Below are positions 63,791 through 64,000 of a DNA stretch of 64,000 nucleotides, one piece after another; the first letter of the stretch is position 1; each line of letters begins with the position of its first letter. The notes under the pieces are model-generated. The model saw only the letters and a program-made list of their open reading frames with translations, was not told where the DNA came from and ran no database searches. Both the position numbers and the translations under genes were made by a program. The stretch lies in assembly GCA_047967505.1 (NCBI GenBank), contig CM106538.1. The stretch is one strand, 5' to 3'. The stretch is from Dipteris shenzhenensis. Taxonomy: Eukaryota.

Positions 63791-64000
63791 ATGCGTGTTT
63801 TTTTGCAATTAGTGTGTGTATCGTGAAAGATGGGTAGGCAAGGATGTATACGCAGCTATGTGTTGGCAGGTTTGGTAGCTGGTTCGGTATTGACGTCTGT
63901 GTTTTTTTTCGTAGTTGAAAGACTTGAAGTTGGCCGGTGTCGTAACATGGGGGCCTGGGAAGCTGCTTGGGATGCATGCATTGTACGAGGAGTTTGCTTG

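Overview
Repeat-dense, heavily mutated land-plant genomic DNA (large-genome, possibly fern-like; taxon is inference). It is almost entirely nested transposable elements. Ty1/copia elements: two full-length decayed sister copies A1 (459-6045, TSD ATGGA) and A2 (18201-23721, TSD AAGAC); F (33242-43504) and its truncated relative B; two older relics, C and H. Also present: a chromodomain Ty3/gypsy relic (G), an RTE/RTEX-like LINE plus a duplicated 3' fragment, an L1 ORF1 relic, two non-autonomous copia-derived gag-bearing LTR families (D, E) that form LTR-sharing tandems, a 4.2-kb inverted segmental duplication, and two NLR relics (LRR, NB-ARC). No intact host gene is evident. The best candidate for an undescribed system is a ~5-kb unit (53833-58914). 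It is bounded by imperfect inverted repeats and carries two convergent decayed genes around a central palindrome. One gene encodes a ~470-codon intronless protein with two internal H3-tail-like motifs (TKQTARKS, RTKQIPRR) and a divergent C-terminal histone H3 fold, i.e. a putative transposon-borne histone H3 mimic. Second is element E: an open gag followed by an open 342-codon collapsed pol skeleton.
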